50,617 bases of DNA from an uncultured archaeon. GTDB taxonomy: Archaea > Nanobdellota > Nanobdellia > Pacearchaeales > GW2011-AR1. Position numbers and translations under genes: made by a program. Below, one piece after another: positions 17,485-25,850 of this stretch; within the stretch, counting starts at the first letter, position 1; every line of letters begins with the position of its first letter. Location: NCBI GenBank assembly GCA_903828655.1, contig CAIKMX010000023.1:1-50617 (forward strand), in the 5' to 3' direction. The notes below the pieces were generated by a model. It saw only the letters and a program-made list of their open reading frames with translations. It did not search any database and was not told the origin of the DNA.

Positions 17485-18255
17485 ATGATAAGTAGAATAG
17501 AAATAACAAACAGATTTGGAATAAATGAACTCGACGCAAGACTTAGAAGAGTACAACTAAGAGGATTTCCAAACGTAAGAGCCTATGAAAAGTCCGATAT
17601 TACTATCCAAAGATTCACTCCCACGAGAATCGCATCAGAAGTTTTCACGCCACAACCTTCAGTTTACGCTCCAGAATTAAAAAAGGTAGAAGAAATAGCT
17701 GCATTATTCCAGCAGCAAGGAGTTGACATTTTCAGACTAGACGGTGGAGTTGATTATGTCGCATTTGATGAAAAAGGTGAAGCAACAGAATGGACGGTAG
17801 TCCCTCCAGTAGTTGAAGTTGCAAGAATAAGACACTTAGAAGGAATGGGCCTTGACTTTGATAGTTTCATCGGTCCAGAACTAAGAGCCGTAATGAGAGA
17901 AAAAGGTTACAGGCCAAATCCGGAACTAGGGCAATTAAATCATCCAGAATATCCAAACACCGGAGCAGCTACAGACGTTTTAGAAATTTGCGACGGCTCA
18001 CACAGAATTGAAGTCGCAAGAAGAAGAATAATCAACCAACATGTTTTAGTAATAGGAAACACTGCTCCAGGATTTCCATACTACGCAGCTCCAAAACCTT
18101 ACAGACTAGTTCACGTAGAACAAGTAAGAGACGAAGAAAGGCTCGATAAAACTCACATTCTAACTAACCCTGGACATAAAACTCTCTATAGAGTTTTCCC
18201 AACGGGCGGAATAAAAAGTGGAAATATTAGACCTACAAAAGAGAAGGTGGATTAA
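17485..18255 (+). CDS. ParB/sulfiredoxin-fold domain protein of unknown function
   Basis: 256 aa with VVPPVVEV followed by ICDGSHRIEVARRR (DGxHR core of the ParB/Srx/DndB-type fold). It starts 1 nt after the ThyA-like stop. Confidence 0.6.
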   Translation: MISRIEITNRFGINELDARLRRVQLRGFPNVRAYEKSDITIQRFTPTRIASEVFTPQPSVYAPELKKVEEIAALFQQQGVDIFRLDGGVDYVAFDEKGEATEWTVVPPVVEVARIRHLEGMGLDFDSFIGPELRAVMREKGYRPNPELGQLNHPEYPNTGAATDVLEICDGSHRIEVARRRIINQHVLVIGNTAPGFPYYAAPKPYRLVHVEQVRDEERLDKTHILTNPGHKTLYRVFPTGGIKSGNIRPTKEKVD

Positions 18256-18912
18256 ATGAATTCTCAAATTAGCGTTGTAGGATTAGATCTTGATGGAACG
18301 CTCTATCCTTCAACAGCAGAAACTCAAAAGAGGATTAGAGGAAAGATTTACGAAAAACTTGCAAAATATTTTAAGATCCCGGTACAAACTGCAACAGAAT
18401 TATTCGAACAAGGTTACTCAAGAACTTCCTCAGGTTCACAAACAATCGCAGAGATAGCAACAAATCTTCGGAGACCGTTGCCAAAAGAAGATATAGTTCA
18501 ACGTTCTCTTGAACAAGCAGACATTCTTGATTTAATACAACAAAATCCTGAACTTGCAGAAATGCTAAAAAGAATTTCAAAAAAAAGAAGATTAGATCTT
18601 CTTACCGGCTCAGCAAGAAAACTTGCAATCCAAAAATTAGAAAAAATAGGAATTTCTCAAGACACGTTCAACACTCTTTATACAGATGAAGATGGTTCAA
18701 AATCAAATGGAGATTTGTACAGAAAGTGGACAAGAGATACAAAAAAACCAAGAGACCAACATCTCTACGTCGGAGATAACAAGAAAACAGACATTGATGT
18801 TCCAAACGGATTAGGAATTAAAACGGCTTTTATTGGAGCATACAGCGCAGCAACAATTCAACTCGCAGGCATTCTAGATTTAGAAGAAGTTTTAATGAGA
18901 CAAAAAGAATAA
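18256..18912 (+). CDS. HAD-superfamily hydrolase (phosphatase-like)
   Basis: Motif I GLDLDGTLY, motif II LLTGS, motifs III/IV K...YVGDNKKTDI. There is no gap to the upstream gene. Confidence 0.8.
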   Translation: MNSQISVVGLDLDGTLYPSTAETQKRIRGKIYEKLAKYFKIPVQTATELFEQGYSRTSSGSQTIAEIATNLRRPLPKEDIVQRSLEQADILDLIQQNPELAEMLKRISKKRRLDLLTGSARKLAIQKLEKIGISQDTFNTLYTDEDGSKSNGDLYRKWTRDTKKPRDQHLYVGDNKKTDIDVPNGLGIKTAFIGAYSAATIQLAGILDLEEVLMRQKE

Positions 18913-18946
18913 AACTACTTTTTTATATTAATTTTATTTTGCTAAA

Positions 18947-18996
18947 TTAGTTTCTTTCGCCCACCAATTCTTTCTTTTCTAAAGAAAGAAGAGTGA
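18947..18996 (+). repeat. Repeat module A, ending 2 nt from the nrdJ stop codon
   Basis: TTAGTTTCTTTCGCCCACCAATTCTTTCTTTTCTAAAGAAAGAAGAGTGA, containing a 10-bp hairpin TTCTTTCTTT/AAAGAAAGAA. Confidence 0.8.
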
Positions 18997-18998
18997 AA

Positions 18999-21947
18999 CT
19001 ACCCGCCGCCACACTCACCCTTAATTTCTTGTTTACAACTTCCAGTACATCTCTTATCGCACTTTCCTGATTTGACTAAAGCACCGCCACAAACCTTACA
19101 AACACCAATTACCCCTTCCATTTTAGGAGAATCTGAATTGGACGCTCCGTTAGTCCCATTTTGCGTCGCCTGGTCATGCACATCACTAACATCATCATGA
19201 TGATTTTTTCCATTCTTTTTTCCCTCAACAAAATGATCTCCTATCCAATGGAATATATAATCAATTACTGAAGTCGCATCGTTAATAGTTTCAAATCCTT
19301 CTTCTAAGGATCCGCGATCTTTTGAATTGTTAGTCCATCCTTGAGGATCAAACTTTTGGAATCTAAACTTAGATACTAAGTCCTCTAAAGGAACACCATA
19401 CTGCAAGTTCAAACTAATTGACGTTCCAAACGCATCCATAACTCCTCCCATAAAACCTCCTTCCTTAGACATACTTACAAAAAGCTCTCCAGGAGTACCA
19501 TCATCATAAAGCCCGACGTGAATATAACCCTCATGACCTGCCACATCAAACTTATGCCTTATAGTAGATGCAGTTTGAGGAAGCTTTCTTCGATAAGGTT
19601 TACCAACAACTCCTTGCGCACCCCCTACTTTTCCTTCAAGGCCCTTTACATCTTTTTGTTCCTTTGTATTAAGAGGCTGTATCTTTTTACTATTATTTCT
19701 ATAGATTGCAACTGCCTTTAAACCCATTCTCCATCCGTCCATGTAGATATCTGAAATTTCCTTCACAGTAGTTTCTTCAGGAACATTAACCGTCTTAGAA
19801 ATGGCCCCAGACAAAAATGGTTGGGCAGCCTGCATCATTCTCAAATGCCCCTTGTAGTGTATACTTCTTTTTCCATTATCTGGTTTGAAAGAGCAATCAA
19901 AAACTGGAAGATGTTCCTCCCTCAGATGTGGAGCACCCTCGATAGTTCCTGTTTTCTGCATATGTTCAATCATAGAATCCACCTGAGCAGGAGTATACCC
20001 CAGGGTACTAAGAGCTAGAGGAACAGTTTGATTAACAAGTTTCATTCCTCCTCCTCCAACAAGTTGTTTATATTTAATCAATGCAATATCCGGCTCTATT
20101 CCAGTAGTATCACAATCCATAAAGAATCCTATAGTTCCTGTAGGAGCAAGAACTGTTGACTGAGCATTTCTAAATCCAACCTTCGCCCCTTCAGAAACAA
20201 CATAACTCCAATTTTCCGCAACAACTCTCTTAAGATCTTTGTTAACGCCAAGCCTAGAGTCATCTATTCCCCCGACAGCATCCTTATGCATAACCATTAC
20301 TTCAAGCATTGATTTTTTATTTTCTTCAAATCGATTAAAAGTTCCAAGATGTCTAGCAATGTCAATAGATGCTTTGTAAGCCTCCGAGGTCAAAAGGGCA
20401 GTCACAGCCGAACCAACTGCCCTTGCTTCATCAGAGTCATAAGGTAAACCTAAAGACATCACTAAAGCACCAAGATTACCATACCCCAAACCAAGAGGAC
20501 GGAACTCGTGAGAATTTAGAGCAACCTTTCGAGAAGGATAACTCCCTGCATCAACAAGAATATCCTGCGCAATGATAAATGTTCTCGCAGCCCTGGCCAT
20601 TCTCCCATGATCTATTCTTCCATCTGGAAGTCTAAACTTCATCAAGTTTAGCGAAGCAAGATTACAAGCTGAATCGTTCAAGAACATATATTCCGAGCAA
20701 GGATTAGAAGCCATAATCTCTCCAGAAGTCTTACAAGTATGCCATCTGTTTATTGTAGTATGATACTGCATTCCAGGATCGCCGCACAAATGAGCCGCTG
20801 CGGCGATAGCGTCCATCATATCTGGAGCAGGCCAGTGAGGCATCACATCTGCTAAATCCTTGCTATGAACGGGAGTAGTCTGCCACTCTTTCTTTTCTTC
20901 AACAGCTTTCATAAATTCATCAGTCGCTCTAACAGAAAGATTTGCATTCTGCAAACCAACAGAAGAATAAGCTTCACCACCAAAACTACCATCAACACCA
21001 CCAGCAATAAGTATATGCGCAAGTTCCTCCTGCCTTTTCTTAGCACCAATAAATTTCATTATATCTGGATGAGAGGTAAGCAAACTGAACATTTCTGCAG
21101 CTCTTCTTGTTTTCCCTCCAGATTTAACAACACCCCCAATAACATCATAAATATTAAGAAAAGACATAGGCCCCGAAGGATTTCCTCCCCCCTCAAGTCT
21201 TTCATGCGAACTTCTTAAGGGCGAAAGATCAATACCAGAACCAGAACCCCCCTTAAACAACATTGCCTGCTCTTTAGCAACATCCATTATTCTGTCCATA
21301 CTGTCCTCTTCACCTAAAATAAAACACGCAGAAGGTTGAGGGAACTCATACGACTCTCCTCTCTCCATCTCAACAACTTTTTCAAGTTTGTTATCCCATC
21401 TATAATGTCCCCTGCTTCCAGAACGAACACCATACTCATGAAATATCCCCGCATTAAACAACGTGGGAGAATTAAAACATCCGACTTGATTAACCATCAA
21501 AACTTCAACATCATCTCTAAATCTATCAGCATCTTCCTGTGTTGCAAAATATCCCATTTCTTGTCCCCTCTGAGAAATAAACTTGGCAACTCTTCCAACA
21601 ACTTGCTTTAATGAACGCTCTCTTTCTTGAGGCTTATCAACATCCCCATAAAAATATTTTCCTGCAAGAACGTTAGTTGCATTCAAGCTCCATGAAGCTG
21701 GAACCTCCACATCTTTTTGCTCTACTTTACGTTCCTCCTCTCCTCTATGAAATGTTGCAGTTCTTAATTCATATTCAAGAGGACTTCCATCAGTATAATT
21801 TGTATGAAAAGGATCCTGCCCATCTCTAGAAAAAAGTCTATCCCATTTCATCCCTCTTCTTTCCGCAGCCCCAGTAGGCATTATCGCCCCGCCACCAGCA
21901 CCCGAACTTGTAGGATAAGCATCTCCAACACCATCACCGGTTACCAT
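18999..21947 (-). CDS. nrdJ: Ribonucleotide reductase, class II (adenosylcobalamin-dependent) type
   Basis: 982 aa. Active-site block NPCSEYMFLNDSACNLASLNL, N-terminal WSLNATNVLAGKYFYG, and a Cys-rich C-terminal tail CKVCGG...CDKRCTGSC. Confidence 0.85.
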   Translation of the reverse strand: MVTGDGVGDAYPTSSGAGGGAIMPTGAAERRGMKWDRLFSRDGQDPFHTNYTDGSPLEYELRTATFHRGEEERKVEQKDVEVPASWSLNATNVLAGKYFYGDVDKPQERERSLKQVVGRVAKFISQRGQEMGYFATQEDADRFRDDVEVLMVNQVGCFNSPTLFNAGIFHEYGVRSGSRGHYRWDNKLEKVVEMERGESYEFPQPSACFILGEEDSMDRIMDVAKEQAMLFKGGSGSGIDLSPLRSSHERLEGGGNPSGPMSFLNIYDVIGGVVKSGGKTRRAAEMFSLLTSHPDIMKFIGAKKRQEELAHILIAGGVDGSFGGEAYSSVGLQNANLSVRATDEFMKAVEEKKEWQTTPVHSKDLADVMPHWPAPDMMDAIAAAAHLCGDPGMQYHTTINRWHTCKTSGEIMASNPCSEYMFLNDSACNLASLNLMKFRLPDGRIDHGRMARAARTFIIAQDILVDAGSYPSRKVALNSHEFRPLGLGYGNLGALVMSLGLPYDSDEARAVGSAVTALLTSEAYKASIDIARHLGTFNRFEENKKSMLEVMVMHKDAVGGIDDSRLGVNKDLKRVVAENWSYVVSEGAKVGFRNAQSTVLAPTGTIGFFMDCDTTGIEPDIALIKYKQLVGGGGMKLVNQTVPLALSTLGYTPAQVDSMIEHMQKTGTIEGAPHLREEHLPVFDCSFKPDNGKRSIHYKGHLRMMQAAQPFLSGAISKTVNVPEETTVKEISDIYMDGWRMGLKAVAIYRNNSKKIQPLNTKEQKDVKGLEGKVGGAQGVVGKPYRRKLPQTASTIRHKFDVAGHEGYIHVGLYDDGTPGELFVSMSKEGGFMGGVMDAFGTSISLNLQYGVPLEDLVSKFRFQKFDPQGWTNNSKDRGSLEEGFETINDATSVIDYIFHWIGDHFVEGKKNGKNHHDDVSDVHDQATQNGTNGASNSDSPKMEGVIGVCKVCGGALVKSGKCDKRCTGSCKQEIKGECGGG

Positions 21948-21953
21948 ATTTTA

Positions 21954-22394
21954 CTATTTCAACTCCTTTAATTCTTTTTTAAAATCCTCAATGTCTGCGA
22001 ACTCTCTATACACACTTGCGAACCTTATGTATGCAATCTTATCAACCATTTTTAGTTTTGCCATCACAATTTCCCCAATTTTATCTGAAGCTATCTCCTT
22101 ATCTTTTGCAACCCTATGAATCTTAGCTTCAACCTCCGAAACAACCTGATCAATCTTCTCAACACTCACGGGCCTCTTTTCAAATGCTTTTTCAACGCCT
22201 ACCTTAAGTTTATCGCGATCAAACTTTTGTCTGCGTCCGTCTTTTTTAACAACAGTCAAATCAAACTCAACTCGCTCATATGTTGTAAACCTTTTTTCGC
22301 ACTTTAAGCACTCTCTTCTACGTCTTGTAACGCCTTCGCTATCACGTTTATCAGTAACTTTCGTCTCAGCATGACCGCAGTATGGACATAGCAT
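21954..22394 (-). CDS. nrdR: NrdR transcriptional repressor (zinc ribbon + ATP-cone)
   Basis: MLCPYCGHAETKVTDKRDSEGVTRRRRECLKCEKRFTTYERVE is the canonical NrdR N-terminus. The protein is 146 aa and ends 6 nt upstream of nrdJ. Confidence 0.9.
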   Translation of the reverse strand: MLCPYCGHAETKVTDKRDSEGVTRRRRECLKCEKRFTTYERVEFDLTVVKKDGRRQKFDRDKLKVGVEKAFEKRPVSVEKIDQVVSEVEAKIHRVAKDKEIASDKIGEIVMAKLKMVDKIAYIRFASVYREFADIEDFKKELKELK

Positions 22395-22405
22395 TTATTC
22401 AACAC

Positions 22406-22421
22406 ATACAATATATTGTAT
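22406..22421. promoter_or_regulatory. NrdR-box candidate 1 (perfect 16-bp palindrome ATACAATATATTGTAT)
   Basis: Lies 12 nt upstream of the nrdR ATG. It fits the A/T-rich palindromic NrdR-box pattern acaCwAtATaTwGtgt. Confidence 0.6.
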
Positions 22422-22440
22422 ACTGTACCTCTTTTTAACA

Positions 22441-22456
22441 CAACTAGTGGTAGTTG
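22441..22456. promoter_or_regulatory. NrdR-box candidate 2 (CAACTAGTGGTAGTTG)
   Basis: The 6-bp arms CAACTA/TAGTTG are palindromic. The centre is 35 bp from box 1. This is a weaker match. Confidence 0.35.
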
Positions 22457-22716
22457 CAAACCATTACAAAAAAAGGGGCTATTTAAATATTTCTGTGATG
22501 AAGTATATAATTGAAAATTTTAAAAAATAAAAATAAAAATAAAAAATAATTTTCAAGAATCAACATTTACTTTTTCAAAATGACATAATAAGCGCAATCC
22601 AATTTACGCTCGCCCTGATTTTGATGCACGATTGCATCTTGCAAGTTAGAGGCTCGCTTTTAGGTAACTGCACTGTCCAAGGTTGTGGCAAAGCAGAACA
22701 TAAACAGTAAAATGCA

Positions 22717-22792
22717 GCCAAGATGTTAAAATTTAACACATTACCAAAATAAAAAAGAGCGGAGCATCGTGACGAAGTCCGATGCATAGCGA
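22717..22792 (+). repeat. Repeat modules B + C. C (22758..22792) ends 4 nt from the stop of 22796..23632.
   Basis: GCCAAGATGTTAAAATTTAACACATTACCAAAA, then AGCGGA-GCATCG-T-GAC-GAA-GTC-CGATGC-ATAGCGA. Confidence 0.8.
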
Positions 22793-22795
22793 CAA

Positions 22796-23632
22796 CTAAT
22801 CACACTCTCTAAAACTTTCAAATATCTTGCAAGCATTGCAAACATTTCCTGTAGAGGGCTCACCACAAACATCACACTTCTTTATCTCAAATCCTTCTTC
22901 TGCTCTCTTGCTTCTTAGCTTAGGCGCAATCTTTTGAAAGTTATTAACAATCTTTAGCTTTTGTTTAGCAGATAAATCCAGGGCTTTCAACCACGCCCTT
23001 GTATCAGTTCTATAAGTTTCAAAGGCACAAGGACATTTATCATAATTTATTTTAAATTTCTTTTTCAAAGAATAACTTCTAATCTCTTCTTCAGGAATGA
23101 AGAACAACGGCTTAACTCTCTGAACAAAGCCAATTTGTTTAACTCCCGTAGACGGCGCAGAATTAGCTCCAAGTAAAATATTTCCCTTAAGAAAGTTCAT
23201 CAAAACATTTTGAACCTCATCATCAAGGTTATGGCCCGTAACTAACACGTCAGCCCCAAGCTTCTTAGCATATTTATTTAATATCCACCTCTTAATAATT
23301 CCACAAACAGTACATCCCGTAAGATTTTTCTTTTTCTTCAGAACAGCCTTGATAAAACAAATCCCTTGCCCAAGCTCTTTCTTCAGATCTACTATATGCA
23401 ACTTAACACGAAGATTAGAACAAAACTCTACCATATTCTTCAAGTGAAGTTTACTCCACTCCCCAAGATGCAAATCAATCATCAATCCCTCAACGTTATA
23501 TCCAAGCTTGTGCAATATATACAATACGGAAGTAGAATCCTTTCCACCAGATAAGGCTACAAAAACTCTATCTTCCTTGCTAAAAAGTTTATACTTCACA
23601 ATTGTCTCGGATACTTTCTTCTCAATGTCCAT
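22796..23632 (-). CDS. PP-loop ATP pyrophosphatase, TtuA/NcsA/TtcA-like tRNA thiolation enzyme
   Basis: SGGKDS PP-loop, CTVCGIIKR...VTGHNLDDEVQNVLMNFLKG, and C-terminal Cys pairs CPCA and CDVCGEPSTGNVCNAC. Confidence 0.8.
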   Translation of the reverse strand: MDIEKKVSETIVKYKLFSKEDRVFVALSGGKDSTSVLYILHKLGYNVEGLMIDLHLGEWSKLHLKNMVEFCSNLRVKLHIVDLKKELGQGICFIKAVLKKKKNLTGCTVCGIIKRWILNKYAKKLGADVLVTGHNLDDEVQNVLMNFLKGNILLGANSAPSTGVKQIGFVQRVKPLFFIPEEEIRSYSLKKKFKINYDKCPCAFETYRTDTRAWLKALDLSAKQKLKIVNNFQKIAPKLRSKRAEEGFEIKKCDVCGEPSTGNVCNACKIFESFRECD

Positions 23633-23710
23633 AATATAATTTAGAATTACAACTTTTTAAAGATGAAGGAGAAAGAAAAAATAAACTGCTCCTAACAAAT
23701 TTAAACAAAA

Positions 23711-23840
23711 AACTTAGCCCACGATGTTAAAACATAGCACATTCACAAAACTCGCCCGTGCGAGCGCGGGAGTCTAACTTAACAGGAAGGTTGAACTTCA
23801 AGGGAACCTTGGTGCCCTTAAGGAACGGAGCGCGAGCAAC
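23711..23840 (+). repeat. Composite repeat: B, then C-prime split by a nested F copy (23786..23824)
   Basis: GCGAGCGCGGGAGTC (23762..23776), then F, then GGAGCGCGAGCA (29..40 of 238xx). Compare the uninterrupted C-prime at 1619..1656. Confidence 0.75.
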
Positions 23841-23848
23841 ACATACAA

Positions 23849-24238
23849 TCATTGATCTCTAACCGAATCCGCAATATCCCTATAAGAATCAAAATCTTTA
23901 TCATAAACTCCAAGTTCTCTTTTCAAAGCAATCTCCACCTTCTGAATTTCAAGCCGAAGCTTTCTAGTTTTTTCATCTGAATGAGAATATTCTTCAGATT
24001 GCTTAGGGGACATAATGGTTAATCCATGAATGACCCAACGGATATCATACATCCTCAATCCGACATCAACACCATAAAGTATTCCATAAGAAGAATCCAT
24101 ATTTTGCAGAGACTCAAAAAAAGTTTTAATCTTCTTTGAATCAATACTATCAAATTGTATCTCTTTTATGAAATTACTCAACACCCTATATAAAGAACTA
24201 TAGGCCTCCAACCTCTTTTCAAAAATCTTCTCTTCCAT
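23849..24238 (-). CDS. Hypothetical protein
   Basis: The ORF extends to 24307. The internal ATG at 24238 (MEEKIFEKRLE) has TTTATAAG about 30 nt upstream, so the shorter form is preferred. Confidence 0.45.
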   Translation of the reverse strand: MEEKIFEKRLEAYSSLYRVLSNFIKEIQFDSIDSKKIKTFFESLQNMDSSYGILYGVDVGLRMYDIRWVIHGLTIMSPKQSEEYSHSDEKTRKLRLEIQKVEIALKRELGVYDKDFDSYRDIADSVRDQ

Positions 24239-24335
24239 ATAACAAAAAAGATTATAGAACTTATAAACATTTTTAATAAAAATAAATGAACTAAACTTCC
24301 ACAACATTTATAAATACCCCAAAATAAAACATTAC

Positions 24336-25316
24336 ATGGCTGATGATGATGCAAAAAAAGCAGGCAAGGAAGTTAAAAAATTCTTTAGAAACTACTGGGC
24401 TATTGCTGCTGTTGTTCTAGCTATATTACTTGCACTTTCTTATTTCATTGGTCCTTTTGGAAACATTAGTGGAAAATCCGCAGGACAAAAGATTGTTGAT
24501 TTTGCTAAATCCCAAGGAGTCGATGCACAAGTCGTTAACGTTACAAGTCAAGGAAGCCTATATGAAGTGATTGTATCTATCGGAAATCAGACAGTTCCAA
24601 CTTATATCACAAAAGACGGAAAATATTTTATTTCCGCGCAAGGGATGGTTCCTCTAAGTGAAATATCTAGTCCAACAGATACTTCAGACAGTTCAACTTC
24701 AACTACCGAAATTCCTCAAACTGATAAACCTAAAGTAGAGCTATATGTATTCAGCTACTGCCCTTATGGAACTCAATCAGAAAAAGGATTAATCCCTGCA
24801 GCAAAATTACTAGGCGACAAGATAGACTTTAAGATAAGACAAATAGGAGCAATGCATGGAGAATTTGAAGCAATTGAAGCTCAAAGACAACTATGTATTG
24901 AACAAAACTATCCTACAAAATACCTCGACTATGCTCTTAAGTTTGCACTTGATGCAGGCGTTGGAACATGCGGCGGAGAAGCAACATGTGTAGCACCAAA
25001 GATAAATGCGATATACACAAGCTTAAGCATTGACAAGAACAAGATAGATTCATGTATGAACAAGAACGGAGCAGCATTATATTCTGCAGAAGAAGCAAAC
25101 GCACAAGCAAAGAGCGTCAGCGGCTCACCTACATTAATAATAAACGGTGTTGATGCACAAGCAGGAAGAGATTCCGCTTCATATCTTAAAGCTATCTGTT
25201 CTGCATTCACAACAGCACCCGCAGAGTGTTCACAAACACTTTCAGCAGTACAACCTTCAGCAGGATTTGGTTCATCCACATCTTCTGATGCGGCAAGTGC
25301 AGCTAGCTGCGGTTAA
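24336..25316 (+). CDS. Membrane-anchored DsbA/thioredoxin-fold protein with a monothiol CPYG site
   Basis: N-terminal TM segment (WAIAAVVLAILLALSYFIG), Ser/Thr-rich linker, YVFSYCPYGTQ at 24759..24770, and a cis-Pro region GSPTLIINGV. Confidence 0.65.
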   Translation: MADDDAKKAGKEVKKFFRNYWAIAAVVLAILLALSYFIGPFGNISGKSAGQKIVDFAKSQGVDAQVVNVTSQGSLYEVIVSIGNQTVPTYITKDGKYFISAQGMVPLSEISSPTDTSDSSTSTTEIPQTDKPKVELYVFSYCPYGTQSEKGLIPAAKLLGDKIDFKIRQIGAMHGEFEAIEAQRQLCIEQNYPTKYLDYALKFALDAGVGTCGGEATCVAPKINAIYTSLSIDKNKIDSCMNKNGAALYSAEEANAQAKSVSGSPTLIINGVDAQAGRDSASYLKAICSAFTTAPAECSQTLSAVQPSAGFGSSTSSDAASAASCG

Positions 25317-25432
25317 AAAGAATTTTTTAATTTTTAAAAAAGTTAATTGAACTGTCAATAGGACATTTGTATGTTTTAATGTATATTTTACAAAACAATA
25401 ATCCTTAATAAGTCTTTTAAGATAAGAACTAC

Positions 25433-25843
25433 ATGTCATTGAAAAGAGTAACCTATTATGCCGCGGATTTCTTAGGAACAGTAGTCCATGAAATGAGAGA
25501 CCCTCACCGAGAAAGAGCAAATAATGATAAAACCCGTGAATGGATGACTGAAAATGCAAGGGGAACGTATGAGGAAGATATTTATAATTTTAGTGGAGAA
25601 AATGGAGCACAATGCGAAATAAGACTTATTGGAGAAGCAGAAACGGGAGATATAATGAGTATAAGCCATCAAATTGAGCAAAATCCCAAAGCAAGAATCC
25701 CTGCCCCTTATTCAAAAGTTATTTGCATCGACTCCCAACCAGCAAAACTTCCTATCCCCGATGAACTCGTTAGAGGACTAACCGATCTGGGATTTAAGGA
25801 AATCCCCAAAGATAGCAAATTAATCAGAATGGCACGTGGCTAA
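25433..25843 (+). CDS. Hypothetical protein
   Basis: 136-aa ORF with no recognisable motif. Confidence 0.4.
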   Translation: MSLKRVTYYAADFLGTVVHEMRDPHRERANNDKTREWMTENARGTYEEDIYNFSGENGAQCEIRLIGEAETGDIMSISHQIEQNPKARIPAPYSKVICIDSQPAKLPIPDELVRGLTDLGFKEIPKDSKLIRMARG

Positions 25844-25850
25844 AAATCCG

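Noticed and set aside
18999-21947. Possible inteins in NrdJ. The same check was made for RFC, EF-2 and RpoA/B, which are common intein hosts in archaea.
   Set aside because: Protein lengths are normal or short. The conserved catalytic blocks are contiguous, and no intein splice-junction or endonuclease blocks were seen.
22575-22787. 70-aa minus ORF in the nrdR / PP-loop spacer. The same applies to ORFs 41548..41841(+), 42039..42281(+) and 42080..42265(-).
   Set aside because: They run through repeat modules B, C and D that occur in many non-coding contexts. They most likely arise from chance read-through of the repeats.
24929-25559. Minus ORFs 24929..25279 and 25272..25559, and plus ORF 25147..25350.
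   Set aside because: They are antisense or out-of-frame overlaps of the DsbA-like gene and the following AT-rich spacer. No motifs or start signals are present.
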